Shown piece after piece: positions 1-9,708 of a stretch of 42,743 bases of DNA (the stretch's first letter is position 1; the number at the start of each line of letters is the position of its first letter). Under the pieces are notes generated by a model. That model had not been told where the DNA came from and ran no database searches. It saw only the letters and a list, made by a program, of their open reading frames with translations. Location: assembly GCA_050239825.1 (NCBI GenBank), contig JBFXGO010000020.1, positions 1 through 42,743 of the forward strand, read 5' to 3'. Source of the DNA: a bacterium. Lineage in GTDB: Bacteria; Hydrothermota; 32-111. The translations under genes were made by a program, and so were the position numbers.

Positions 1-77
1 TCCCTGTGTTTTACTGCGATTCTCGCCACAAGGCGGCCTATTCTGCCGAACCCATTTATAGCTATTCTGATAGACAT
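1..77 (-). CDS. gap: Glyceraldehyde-3-phosphate dehydrogenase (type I), 5' end only; runs off the window
   Basis: Manual translation from ATG at 77: MSIRIAINGFGRIGRLVARIAVKHR, the INGFGRIGR NAD-binding signature; AGGAGGT RBS at 81-87. Confidence 0.95.
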   Translation of the reverse strand, partial: MSIRIAINGFGRIGRLVARIAVKHR

Positions 78-105
78 AAAACCTCCTGTTAATAATAAAA
101 AAGTA

Positions 106-133
106 ATTATATAGATAAAATATTTTATGTCAA
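106..133 (-). promoter_or_regulatory. Sigma70-type promoter for gap
   Basis: Minus strand TTGACA (128-133), 16-nt spacer, TATAAT (106-111), upstream of the gap RBS. Confidence 0.8.
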
Positions 134-174
134 CACATGGAGAAAGTTGCGGGTTACGCGTAAAAACAGCAATT

Positions 175-198
175 AAAAGGGAGGTTAAAAACCCTCCC
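175..198 (-). terminator. Intrinsic terminator ending block 2
   Basis: Minus strand GGGAGG-GTTTTTAA-CCTCCC followed by TTTT, downstream of the ABC permease stop. Confidence 0.7.
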
Positions 199-270
199 CA
201 CAGTTATACTCTTTGTCTTTATTTATTTTCCCGGCTTAACTGCCTACCAGTTTGCCAACGCACTAGGTTG

Positions 271-1539
271 CTATTTTTTCAGCAAACCCAGTATACCCTT
301 CTTCTTTCCTGTTTTGGGCACTCCCGCTGTAAGGATTCTGTCTGAATTGAATATCCTCACATTAAGGTACACAAGAAAAACAAAGAGAGCAGAAGAGTAT
401 ATAATTCCGGCCATGACCATGTCATATCTGTCAAACATCAAAAATTTCAAAACATTCATCGGATGGGTGAATGGAATTAAAAATAAAAGCACTCTGCCGG
501 CCAGCGGAAGAAGCTCAAAATCCATCATCATGCTTATGAAGTATGGCACCATCACAAGAAGAGTGAGGGGCATTGACATTGCCTGTGCGCTCTTTGTATC
601 ATTGGAATATATGCCGAGAAGCATCGCAAGCGCAAGTCCGCTCAAAATAGAAGCGAGAAACGATGCGCCTACAAATATGAAATCAAGTGGCATTATTTTC
701 AGGTCAGAAGCAATCTCTCCCAGTCCAGACATACCGAGAGACCTCATATAGTATGAAAATCCGAGCATATAAACTGCGGCAGTCATCAGACCGACTGTTG
801 AGCTTCCGATAATCTTTCCCACCACGATTTCCGACCTCTTTATAGGCATTGTAAGAAGAGTCTCAAGTGTTTTGTTCTCCTTTTCAATAGCCATCGAACC
901 TATGACATTTGTGCCTGCCATTATCATCAGCATCATCATTATCACAGGAGCTATGAATGTCTGCGACTGTACAACTTTTATCACAAGATTGGGAGATGAA
1001 TTCTTGACAACCTTATTCTTTATAAATGTGGTCTCTTTTAGAAGAATCGGAGAAAGCACATGGTCGCTATGAAACCCTTTGCCTTTGGAAATAAGAATTT
1101 TCGTAATTGAGCGCTCCGCATCAGAAATAAGCGAAGTTATCAAAGTTGTTTTCACTTCATTGGTCACTCCAATTCCTTCGAGGAACCAGAGCACATCAAG
1201 AGTTCCCTTCTCTTCAGCCATTATTAAAGAATCAAAGGTTGCGTCAGCCAATATCACTGCAACACCCTTCTTCTCCCTGCATATTCTCTCAGCTTCGCTT
1301 CTGTCGCCTCCAGAATAGAGAATTTCAGCTCCCAATGCAAAGCTTGCTTTCATCGCTTCTGTGAGTTCGCCTGTGCCCAATAGCACAAGACACACTTTCG
1401 GCTTCTCCTTCATTCCCTCATTCATGCTGTCAAAGATATTTCCGAGGAATCCGAACATCAGGACTATGAATACCATTGTAATAAGAACAGATTTATTGAA
1501 AAGCTCCTTTATTTCTTTTTTAATTATTGTGAAAATCAT
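271..1539 (-). CDS. ABC-2 type exporter permease (NatB-like)
   Basis: IIKKEIKE N-terminal motif, EKENKTLETLLTMP motif, multiple TM segments; coupled to the ATPase gene. Confidence 0.85.
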   Translation of the reverse strand: MIFTIIKKEIKELFNKSVLITMVFIVLMFGFLGNIFDSMNEGMKEKPKVCLVLLGTGELTEAMKASFALGAEILYSGGDRSEAERICREKKGVAVILADATFDSLIMAEEKGTLDVLWFLEGIGVTNEVKTTLITSLISDAERSITKILISKGKGFHSDHVLSPILLKETTFIKNKVVKNSSPNLVIKVVQSQTFIAPVIMMMLMIMAGTNVIGSMAIEKENKTLETLLTMPIKRSEIVVGKIIGSSTVGLMTAAVYMLGFSYYMRSLGMSGLGEIASDLKIMPLDFIFVGASFLASILSGLALAMLLGIYSNDTKSAQAMSMPLTLLVMVPYFISMMMDFELLPLAGRVLLFLIPFTHPMNVLKFLMFDRYDMVMAGIIYSSALFVFLVYLNVRIFNSDRILTAGVPKTGKKKGILGLLKK

Positions 1540-2258
1540 CTGATTACCTCCATAAAGACATCTTCAATGTTCTGTGCATTATGCTTCGTCTTAAGACCTT
1601 CGGGTGTGCCGCTGTCAACTATTCTCCCTTTACTGATGAGGGAAATTCTTTTGCATAGAAACTCGACTTCGAGCATATTATGGCTAGAAATCAGAACAGC
1701 CACTCCCCTCTCAGATACAGACTTAATCACTTCCCTTACCTCTTTGGCATTAATCACATCAAGCCCGCTTGTAGGTTCGTCAAGTATCATAAGCTCCGGA
1801 TTTGTCACTATAGCCCTCGCTATGAGGAGTCGCCGTATCATGCCCTTTGAATATGTATCCACTTTATCTTCAATTCTCTCTTTCAAATTTGAGATTTCAA
1901 TTCCGCTATCCACCATCTTCAGGGGATCCTGTCTCTTCTTGTAAAACTGCGCTATGAATTCCAGATACTCCTTTCCCGTGAGATTTCTGTAAATTCCCGC
2001 ATCCTCAGGAATATAGCTTATAAGTTCTCTCACACGCGCTCCGTCTTCAGGAAGCTTGAAGCCGAAGACCGAGACCTCACCGTCTGTCTTTTGAAGAAGT
2101 GTGGAAAGGATTCTCAGAGTTGTTGTCTTGCCGCTCCCGTTCGGACCTATTAAACCGAAGACCTCTCCCTTCTCAATTGAAAAAGATATTTTTGAAACCG
2201 CTTCAAGTTTTCCGTACATCTTTACGAGATTGTCAACCAAGACAATGTTTTCATTCAT
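1536..2258 (-). CDS. ABC transporter ATP-binding protein
   Basis: Walker A GPNGSGKTT, signature YSKGM, Walker B ILDEP, H-loop SSH. Confidence 0.95.
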   Translation of the reverse strand: MNENIVLVDNLVKMYGKLEAVSKISFSIEKGEVFGLIGPNGSGKTTTLRILSTLLQKTDGEVSVFGFKLPEDGARVRELISYIPEDAGIYRNLTGKEYLEFIAQFYKKRQDPLKMVDSGIEISNLKERIEDKVDTYSKGMIRRLLIARAIVTNPELMILDEPTSGLDVINAKEVREVIKSVSERGVAVLISSHNMLEVEFLCKRISLISKGRIVDSGTPEGLKTKHNAQNIEDVFMEVIR

Positions 2259-2764
2259 TGTTCCCTCTTTGAAACTGTATTTAGATTTTTCACCAAAAAG
2301 AATCCGGCGAATGCAAAAATGAATTTAAAAAATAATGCAAACAGATACTGGTTGGATATTTTCATATAAACATAGCTGTGCTCTCCAAGGCCATACTTCG
2401 CCAAAATCCGAATTGATAGGTCAAGTATAAGAACAGGCAAAAACAACTGCACCAACTCTTTTACTGCTTCGGATTTTTTCAGAGTCAGCTGAATTCTCCT
2501 TGATTTGATGAATAAAAATATCAGATATGTCGGTATTGTCATAAAATCAAACATATACATAAGCAGCATTTTTTCTGAATTCACAGTAAATTCACTGCTC
2601 TTTACGCCTGTAAATACGGCAAGAAAGAAAAGAAAAAGAAGAAGCATCTGTGTTATGCCTGTTATGAATGATGCCGCAGAGACAAAGGCTTCTATTTCTC
2701 TTGTCTTGACAAAAACCGCAGCAAGCGCTGTTAAAAAAAGAAGAAAAGGAATTATGAACAGCAT
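2255..2764 (-). CDS. Hypothetical membrane protein
   Basis: 169 aa with several hydrophobic segments; abuts or overlaps both neighbours on the same strand. Confidence 0.65.
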   Translation of the reverse strand: MLFIIPFLLFLTALAAVFVKTREIEAFVSAASFITGITQMLLLFLFFLAVFTGVKSSEFTVNSEKMLLMYMFDFMTIPTYLIFLFIKSRRIQLTLKKSEAVKELVQLFLPVLILDLSIRILAKYGLGEHSYVYMKISNQYLFALFFKFIFAFAGFFLVKNLNTVSKREQ

Positions 2765-2765
2765 T

Positions 2766-4385
2766 TCACTTCTGCAGAAGATAATCTATTCTTGTTTTCA
2801 GATACTTGTCATTCTCTTCAGAGTACCCGACTCTCATGTAGCGGAGATTGCCCTTCTTGTCGATAAGGTATAGAGTCGGTACTCCCTTGATTGATTCCCT
2901 GTCCATCAGTTCTCCGCCGTTATAGTATATGTCAAAATCAAACGACATATTCTTAGCAAACTCCCTTATTGTATCGGCATCTATTTCAGAGGAGACAGCG
3001 ACAAAAGCGATCTTCTTCTCTTTTGAATATTCCTTCTTCATCTGCACAAGGTCTTTTATCTCCATTTTGCAGGGTCCGCACCATGTTGCGAAGAAATCGA
3101 TCAAAACCACCTTGCCTTTGTACTTTGAAAACTTATGCTCTTTTCCGTTTAAATCAATAAGTGAGGTCTCTTCAAATATTTTCTTTTCGCTCTCAGTTTC
3201 AAGATACTGGTCTATCTTTTTATCAATATCTTTAGAGCTCATCTTTGAATATGCCGCGACTCTGTCCAAAATCTCTTTACTCTTTCTGTCGTAAGTGAGA
3301 AGCTCAAAAGCGGCATCCATGACCATTGAGGTATCATCCTTAGCCGCCGCCGCATCATACATGAGTCTGAAAAAATCATAATCACGCGGTGCAAATTCTT
3401 CGAGGGCTTTTTTGACGAAAAAAACCGCAGAGTCCGCCTCCCCTGAGGAAAGGTAGGCCTTTGCTATAGAATAAAGTACATACTCTCCGAATTCAGAATA
3501 AATTTCATTTTCCATGAGTTCCTTAAGCGAGGATATGGCTATATTCATTGAACGGTTCTGGTCTGCAAGATATGATGCCGTGTAAAACTTTACTTCGTCG
3601 CTGATTTGCTTATTCAGCAGACTCACAAGTTTATTTGAGAGAATTGAGTCCTCATTTTCTCCTGAATACCTGTCGGTTATGTGATAAATTATGAATAAAA
3701 AATCGCTTAAATCGTAAAAATTATCTATGGAGTATGCCACAGCTTTATTCAATGCATCCTCATCTGCATCTTCAAGTTCGTAGATAGCTGTTAGAACGGA
3801 ATTAAAATATGGTTCGCTCTTTTCAAACAGAGGAAGTATTTTTTCAATCAACGAGGAATAATCCTTATCCATCTCCCTCAACAGCGAAGCATTCTTGTAC
3901 ATGACGGATACATTGTTTGGATTCTCCGAAAGATGTTTTTCCATTGCAGATTCCAATGATTCCGGATACTCTGCAAAATAAAAATCCATCATCCTGTCAT
4001 AAACATAGTAGTCATTCTTATTTTGATAGAATGCCTTCAAATAATTATCAAGCGCCTTTTCGTTTTTCTTGAAGAATGCGTAATTGTCTGCAAGATAAAT
4101 GTGTTTGTTGGTTTTATCTTTTCTGTCCACAAAGTAGATTTCCAAGAGGGAATCTTCAAATGTGGCTATTGAAATGATTGTATCTTCCTTTTCTATCTTA
4201 TGACTGTAAGAGTTATTTTTCACAGGATAGATTGCCTCCCTGTCAAAAAAATTGGAATTTCTGTATAATATAAGCGAATCATCCGCCGATTCAAACTTTA
4301 TGCTCTTTCCTTCCTTTACATAAGTCTCTCCTGAAATTAAGACCGCCGCCGATAAGAGCAGTATAAAGATTACTCTTCTCATCAT
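2766..4385 (-). CDS. Exported TlpA/ResA-family thiol-disulfide oxidoreductase with a long helical (TPR-like) N-terminal region
   Basis: C-terminal KGKVVLIDFFATWCGPC and GVPTLYLIDKKG motifs; signal-peptide-like N-terminus; start moved to ATG 4385 (or 4382) after AGGAGG. Confidence 0.8.
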   Translation of the reverse strand: MMRRVIFILLLSAAVLISGETYVKEGKSIKFESADDSLILYRNSNFFDREAIYPVKNNSYSHKIEKEDTIISIATFEDSLLEIYFVDRKDKTNKHIYLADNYAFFKKNEKALDNYLKAFYQNKNDYYVYDRMMDFYFAEYPESLESAMEKHLSENPNNVSVMYKNASLLREMDKDYSSLIEKILPLFEKSEPYFNSVLTAIYELEDADEDALNKAVAYSIDNFYDLSDFLFIIYHITDRYSGENEDSILSNKLVSLLNKQISDEVKFYTASYLADQNRSMNIAISSLKELMENEIYSEFGEYVLYSIAKAYLSSGEADSAVFFVKKALEEFAPRDYDFFRLMYDAAAAKDDTSMVMDAAFELLTYDRKSKEILDRVAAYSKMSSKDIDKKIDQYLETESEKKIFEETSLIDLNGKEHKFSKYKGKVVLIDFFATWCGPCKMEIKDLVQMKKEYSKEKKIAFVAVSSEIDADTIREFAKNMSFDFDIYYNGGELMDRESIKGVPTLYLIDKKGNLRYMRVGYSEENDKYLKTRIDYLLQK

Positions 4386-6574
4386 TCCTCCTTGCATTTT
4401 TTTATGTCCAATATTTTAAATTCATTGGTCTCTTCATTCTTTTTCATACCGCTAAGCTTCTTAACCAGCGGAGAGAGGTAGGATATTATGTTTCTGTCAA
4501 CATCGACATCAAAGACGCCGAGTATCGTGTATGTTTTCGTCTCCCCTTCTATCTTATTAAGAAGTGTCACTATTGTTCCGGGCTCTACTTTTTCCCCGGA
4601 GACAGTCGAAATATCTATCGGCTCCATTTTTGACAGTTGATTTTTGAGCTCTTCCGCCCTGAGTGAAAAAAGCCTATACTGTTCCCTTGAAAACTTGTAC
4701 TCTGAGTTTTCGCTCAAATCGCCGAGGGCCGCCGCCTCCTGTATGGTCTTTGAGAGCTTGGGCAGAACCTTCTCTGTTATTTCCGCGAATTCCTCCTGTT
4801 TTCTCTTTATTGAACCGTGAGTTGAAAGAAGAAATTCTGAAGCTTTGTAGTCCCTGTATTCCGGCCTAATTGAATAAACCTGCTTCCTTATTTCATCCTT
4901 CTGATAATCATTCAGATAAAGTATCTTCATGAATTCGTCAAAGATACGTTTGCCTGTTTCATCATTGGTTTTCTTAATCACATCAAGAAATTTCTTTTTC
5001 TTTGGGTCAAAAAAGTATCTACGCATAAAATTCAGAAACTCATCGGTCTTTCTCATTGCGTGTATGTCATTCGAAATCATGATAGTCCTCAACACAAGGT
5101 ACTCTTCATTCATCTCAAAAAGCGTTTCTTCAAGATGGTATGTAAGATACCACTCAACCAATGTCATGTTTTTTGATAGTCGGAATCCTTTATGAACAGA
5201 TTCGAGAAGTCTGATTTTGTTAGATTTTGAAATGCACTCATAAAGCTTCTCAATATGCTGCGGGTCAAGCTTTTCTGTTCTTTCAATATCCTTTTCAACT
5301 GCCTCTGCTGTAATCATCCTGCTTTTTAGGGCGTCGAAAATAAACTTCATATAAACTGCATTTTCAAGGTCATCGTCAGAAGCCTGTTTCGCATATTCTT
5401 CATCGCCAGTCACGAGATGCAGAACTTCATTCTTTCTTTCATCTTTTATTGTTTCTATGTGCTTCAAAATTATTTCCCTGTCGTCTTCGCCTATCTCTCT
5501 GTTCTTCATTGCAGTCATCATGTAATCCCGTATCTGGTCTATCGTCTTCATTTTTTTGACTTTGTTGGAGACGAGATTTCCGTTGATTGCCAGAACAAAC
5601 CTCTCGGGTTTTTCATATATTATCTCTAAATCTGCGCACTGCTCGAGAATTTTTTTGTTTTTTGTGAGGTATGATGACGCATCCTTTCCGAATATATATA
5701 CAAGCTCATCCTTCAGCTGGCTCTTGTCAAGGGCGGAATTTTTGTATTTGAGTATCATTACGACAAGTTGGCACGGGGGAATTTCTTTCGCTTCCTCCGG
5801 TTTGAAATACTTGTAAACTCTAAAATCATCCTTTTCAATCGGGCTGGTCTTCTCAGCTATTATTGAATATTTCACCTGTCTCTTTCCAGCAAACCTATCC
5901 TTCAATGTAAACAACTGCGATTCTTTGTCGAACTTTTCTATTCTGTATAATTCATTTTCAAAGAGAACGAACATATTCTCCTTGAATTTAGCGCCTGAGG
6001 CGTATTTTTCAAACAATTCCAAGGTCAGCTCCTTTCCTTTGAGAAAATGCTCAAAAGAAGAAATCATTATTCCGTCTTTGTCTCTCTCTTCAAACAGATG
6101 AGCGGGGTCCTTTTTCAGAATAAAACTTTTTATTAGCAAAAAGCAAAGGTCTTCTCCCTTGTCATCAGTCATTTTGAGATAATCCGTTACTATATCCTTA
6201 TTCTTATTGTTAATGAGAAACTCATTCAGCTCTTCAAATATGGGTTGAAGATTTGTTTTGTCCATGCAGGTTATGACGAAATCCTCAAGCATGTCCTTTC
6301 TGTCTTCTAAAAGTATCTTTCTAAGTAGGCGCACAGCATCTTCGCGCAAAGGAGCTTCTCCATACAGAAACTTATTGAAAAGATAATCCGTCTCCTCTCC
6401 CATCAGAGATTCCTGCACAAAATCAAAAACTCTTTTTCCTATAATATTGGCGGATCTGAGAAACAACCTGAGGAGGTGCTCATCGCTTGAGCTTGAAGCA
6501 GTCTCCAAATATTCGTTCACCACCCTTTCATGTTTCTTTTCTTCATAAAGCTTCTCTATTTTGCTTATGCTCAT
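4382..6574 (-). CDS. greA: GreA-domain transcription elongation factor with about 570 aa N-terminal extension
   Basis: C-terminal AAALGDLSENSEY and IISYLSPL GreA motifs. Confidence 0.8.
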   Translation of the reverse strand: MSISKIEKLYEEKKHERVVNEYLETASSSSDEHLLRLFLRSANIIGKRVFDFVQESLMGEETDYLFNKFLYGEAPLREDAVRLLRKILLEDRKDMLEDFVITCMDKTNLQPIFEELNEFLINNKNKDIVTDYLKMTDDKGEDLCFLLIKSFILKKDPAHLFEERDKDGIMISSFEHFLKGKELTLELFEKYASGAKFKENMFVLFENELYRIEKFDKESQLFTLKDRFAGKRQVKYSIIAEKTSPIEKDDFRVYKYFKPEEAKEIPPCQLVVMILKYKNSALDKSQLKDELVYIFGKDASSYLTKNKKILEQCADLEIIYEKPERFVLAINGNLVSNKVKKMKTIDQIRDYMMTAMKNREIGEDDREIILKHIETIKDERKNEVLHLVTGDEEYAKQASDDDLENAVYMKFIFDALKSRMITAEAVEKDIERTEKLDPQHIEKLYECISKSNKIRLLESVHKGFRLSKNMTLVEWYLTYHLEETLFEMNEEYLVLRTIMISNDIHAMRKTDEFLNFMRRYFFDPKKKKFLDVIKKTNDETGKRIFDEFMKILYLNDYQKDEIRKQVYSIRPEYRDYKASEFLLSTHGSIKRKQEEFAEITEKVLPKLSKTIQEAAALGDLSENSEYKFSREQYRLFSLRAEELKNQLSKMEPIDISTVSGEKVEPGTIVTLLNKIEGETKTYTILGVFDVDVDRNIISYLSPLVKKLSGMKKNEETNEFKILDIKKCKEE

Positions 6575-7020
6575 TTATGATACCTCATGTTGTTTCTTAT
6601 TGTAAAGCCTCTGTAAATCTGTTCCAGCAAAATTACTCTGAATAGTCTGTGTGGAAATGTCATTTTTGAGAATGAGAGTATTCTGCGCGCGGCATTCGCC
6701 ACTTTTTCATCTACGCCCCAGCTTCCTCCTATTATAAACGCAATATTCTGATTCTTCAGAATAGTTGAGAATTCCTCGGAATCAACCATCTCGCCTTTTC
6801 TGTCCAAAAGATAAACTCTGTCATAGTCTTTTATCTCAGAGATAATTCTTTCGGATTCCTCCCTTATAGCAGTCTTTTTGTCGTCTCGAAGTTCACCCGA
6901 ATCCTTTATGTATTTTATCTTCAAAGCGTCAAATCCCCTTATTCGTTTGATGTACTCGTCTGACAGTGCAGACCATTCGTCAGATTGTTTTTTTCCAACA
7001 GTTAAAATAGTTATCGCCAT
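6571..7020 (-). CDS. rlmH: 23S rRNA pseudouridine-1915 N3-methyltransferase
   Basis: ILTVGK, FIIGGSWG, MTFPHRLFRVILLEQIYRG and YHK motifs; start moved to Met13 of the track ORF. Confidence 0.93.
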   Translation of the reverse strand: MAITILTVGKKQSDEWSALSDEYIKRIRGFDALKIKYIKDSGELRDDKKTAIREESERIISEIKDYDRVYLLDRKGEMVDSEEFSTILKNQNIAFIIGGSWGVDEKVANAARRILSFSKMTFPHRLFRVILLEQIYRGFTIRNNMRYHK

Positions 7021-7912
7021 AACTGCTTCCCTGATAAATTTTATTCTTTTCCGCACTGCTTCTCAACTTCTCGTGGAACCGCCTGTCAAGAGTCCACAGG
7101 GGAGCAACCAGTTCAAAAGCATCCGATGTTGATTTCAGCCTGTGAATAACCTTATCCTGCGGAACGAGAGAGAGAAGATTCAGAAGAATGTCGATATACT
7201 CCTCCTCAGACATTGTTTCTATGTTTCCTCTCTTGAAATCCGCTTCGAGTTTTGTATTTTTAATCACATAAAGATGATGAAATTTTATTCCGTCCGACCT
7301 GCTTTCATTGAACATACTTAGTGTTTTTTTGAAATCTTCTTCATCTTCTTCCGGCAGACCGATTATTATGTGGCAGACAAGATGACTGTCCGGAATCTCG
7401 CATTTTACTTTTGCGGAAGCGGAAAGGAAATCCGCCGACTTCATTTTTCTATTTATTGCTTCTAAAGTGATGTCATTAGCTGTCTCCATTCCGAGTTCTA
7501 TCTGCACAAACTTTTTTTTCGATATGTCTTTAAGAAAGAAAAGTATGTCGTCATCAAGGGCATCAGGCCTTGTCGCAATAGAGAATCCCACAATGTCATC
7601 AAGAGACAACATTCGTGTTATCTCTTCAATTATGCCTCCGCCTCCCTTGTACATGTTTGAATATGACTGAAAATAAGCTATGTATCCTGTTCTTCCCTCT
7701 TTTTTTGCCAGCAGATAATCTTTGACCTGTTCAAACGGAGATTTATCTGAAACTCTGCCGGAACCGGATCCTGAACAGTATGCACAGCCGCCAGTGCCGA
7801 GAGTTCCGTCTCTGTTGGGACAAGTCGCCTTTGTAGAAATGCTTATCTTGTACACATCTCTGTTGAATTTTCCTCTCAGGAAGCTTGAGTATGACCTGTA
7901 AAAATCAGCCAT
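6980..7912 (-). CDS. Radical SAM protein, YhcC/TIGR01212 family
   Basis: TCPNRDGTLGTGGCAYC, YFQSYSN, ATRPD, IKFHHLY motifs; start moved to Met34 (MADFYRSYS). Confidence 0.88.
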   Translation of the reverse strand: MADFYRSYSSFLRGKFNRDVYKISISTKATCPNRDGTLGTGGCAYCSGSGSGRVSDKSPFEQVKDYLLAKKEGRTGYIAYFQSYSNMYKGGGGIIEEITRMLSLDDIVGFSIATRPDALDDDILFFLKDISKKKFVQIELGMETANDITLEAINRKMKSADFLSASAKVKCEIPDSHLVCHIIIGLPEEDEEDFKKTLSMFNESRSDGIKFHHLYVIKNTKLEADFKRGNIETMSEEEYIDILLNLLSLVPQDKVIHRLKSTSDAFELVAPLWTLDRRFHEKLRSSAEKNKIYQGSSYGDNYFNCWKKTI

Positions 7913-8675
7913 TATCCCTGAACCATCGTGACAGGATATCAAGTTCGGATTTTTCATCTTCTGAGAGATTTGTGTATCCGATTTTTGAGATTTTATCCAA
8001 AAGCAGGTCAAGCCTCTCTTTTTTTCTTTGAAAATTCATTTCTTCAAATGATTTATACACCTTTGTATCCTTTACTTTCGAAATCTGTCTGAAAATTTTG
8101 TACTCAAATCGGAGATATATGAATCCTGCTATCAAACCGCCAAGATGCGCAAAATGAGCTATTCCCGAACGGGCGTTGGTTAGTCCGAAGAAGAGCTCCG
8201 TCACTCCGAATATTATAACGGCATATTTGGCTTTGACCGGAAAAAAGAAATTCAGATACAAAACCGTCTCTGGAAAAGTGAGTCCGTATGCAAGCAGCAC
8301 TCCATATACAGCTCCTGAAGCGCCTATCGATGGTATGACGGAGTTTACATTTATCAGATAATGAAGAATGCCGCCTCCCAGCCCCGAAACAATATAGTAT
8401 GACAAAAATCTTTTCGGACCCCAAAGTTGTTCCAGAGACACGCCGAATATAAACAGAGAAAACATGTTGAAAAACAGATGAGGCAGATTGCCGTGCATGA
8501 ACATGTGGGTAAAAAACTGCCATACAAACATTTTCTTTGTGACGAATGAAGGAATCAGGGAAAAATAATATATCATTACATCCCCAAACGGCTGTTGAAG
8601 TATAAATACAGTCACATTTATAAGTATAAGCCATGCAACCATTGAAATTTGGTTTGATCCTCTTCTGTAATACAT
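7905..8675 (-). CDS. Rhomboid intramembrane serine protease
   Basis: WQFFTHMFMHG, HLFFNM, GASG catalytic Ser, AHFAHLGG catalytic His; C-terminal LDLLLDKISKIG extension. Confidence 0.93.
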   Translation of the reverse strand: MYYRRGSNQISMVAWLILINVTVFILQQPFGDVMIYYFSLIPSFVTKKMFVWQFFTHMFMHGNLPHLFFNMFSLFIFGVSLEQLWGPKRFLSYYIVSGLGGGILHYLINVNSVIPSIGASGAVYGVLLAYGLTFPETVLYLNFFFPVKAKYAVIIFGVTELFFGLTNARSGIAHFAHLGGLIAGFIYLRFEYKIFRQISKVKDTKVYKSFEEMNFQRKKERLDLLLDKISKIGYTNLSEDEKSELDILSRWFRDNG

Positions 8676-8677
8676 CT

Positions 8678-9154
8678 TTATCCCTTGTATTTTTGTTTGA
8701 GACTATCCGCAGCCGCCTTAGGCACCATATTGGATATGTCTGCGTCAAGTTTTGCCAGTTCCTTTACCATGCTTGAAGAGAGATATGTATAGTTTATGTC
8801 TGTCATGAAAAATATGGTCTCAAAATCCTTGTTCATCTCCCTATTGGTGAGAGCCATTTGAAATTCATATTCAAAATCAGATACTGCTCTTAACCCTCTT
8901 ATCACTCCGTTTATTTTGTTTTCCTTAATATAGTTGACAAGAAGTCCGCAGTATGAGTCGATTTTGACATTCTTCAAATCCGCAGTCGCCCTCTTTATTA
9001 TTTCTATTCTCTCTTCAACCGTGAAGAGTGTTTTCTTCCATGGATGACAGGAGATCAGAAGAGTCACTTCGTTAAAGAGGTTTATTCCCCTTTTCAGAAT
9101 GTCTATATGTCCGTTTGTTATCGGATCAAAAGTTCCGGGATAAATGACCTTCAT
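8678..9154 (-). CDS. coaD: Phosphopantetheine adenylyltransferase
   Basis: YPGTFDPITNGH, RGLRAVSDFEYE, SSSMVKE motifs. Confidence 0.97.
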   Translation of the reverse strand: MKVIYPGTFDPITNGHIDILKRGINLFNEVTLLISCHPWKKTLFTVEERIEIIKRATADLKNVKIDSYCGLLVNYIKENKINGVIRGLRAVSDFEYEFQMALTNREMNKDFETIFFMTDINYTYLSSSMVKELAKLDADISNMVPKAAADSLKQKYKG

Positions 9155-9708
9155 TTTTTCTCTCCTGTAAAAATTGTTATTTTCGTTCTGGTAAAAACCT
9201 TTTCTTTTATAATCACCGCTTTTACCGCGTTTGTTTTGTCATCCGAACTGCTCATCAGAAGCCCTACTCCGCTTTCAGAGAGTATTCCAGCTTCAACAAC
9301 ATTGTTGATGATGTCGTATGCCTTTGTGAATTTGTACGGAGGGTCAAGGAAGATTATATCAAATTTCTGATTTCTCTTTGAAAGCGCCCTGAGCGCCATC
9401 CGAAAATCTGTATTGTGCACTTCGGCTTTAGAGATGTAATTCATGCTTTCAAGATTCTTTCTTATGAGTCCGGCAGCCGCCTTGTCTTTGTCTATAAAAA
9501 AAACATACGATGCTCCTCTTGAAAGCGCTTCCAGACCCAAAGCTCCGCTTCCCGCAAAAAGGTCAAGGCAATTCATTCCCGAAACATCTCCGAGCATAGA
9601 GAAAACTGACTTTCTCACTATTGCAAGAGAAGGCCTGGTTTTTTTTCCGGAGAGAGCGTCCGTCTTCACATCATGATTCTTGAATTCTCCGCCGATGAGT
9701 CTAATCAT
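9151..9708 (-). CDS. rsmD: 16S rRNA m2G966 methyltransferase
   Basis: RLIGG, TRPS, LDLFAGSGALGLEALSRGA, DPPY motifs; conserved rsmD-coaD adjacency; start moved to MIRLIGG. Confidence 0.93.
   Translation of the reverse strand: MIRLIGGEFKNHDVKTDALSGKKTRPSLAIVRKSVFSMLGDVSGMNCLDLFAGSGALGLEALSRGASYVFFIDKDKAAAGLIRKNLESMNYISKAEVHNTDFRMALRALSKRNQKFDIIFLDPPYKFTKAYDIINNVVEAGILSESGVGLLMSSSDDKTNAVKAVIIKEKVFTRTKITIFTGEKK

Noticed and set aside
199..270. Possible riboswitch (GGCAAACTG...CAGTTAAGCC resembles the start of c-di-GMP-I)
   Set aside because: It lacks the GNRA loop, the GCAAAG junction and the second hairpin, and sits in a 3' UTR upstream of the gap promoter
6980..7020. 41-bp overlap of the radical SAM gene and rlmH as a frameshift or pseudogene
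   Set aside because: Both proteins appear full length with their motifs intact; a short C-terminal run-on explains it
8104..8748. Alternative-frame minus ORFs (8104-8748, 32767-33165 and similar)
   Set aside because: Almost wholly nested in rhomboid, secY and other genes; no motifs and no sign of a frameshift signal
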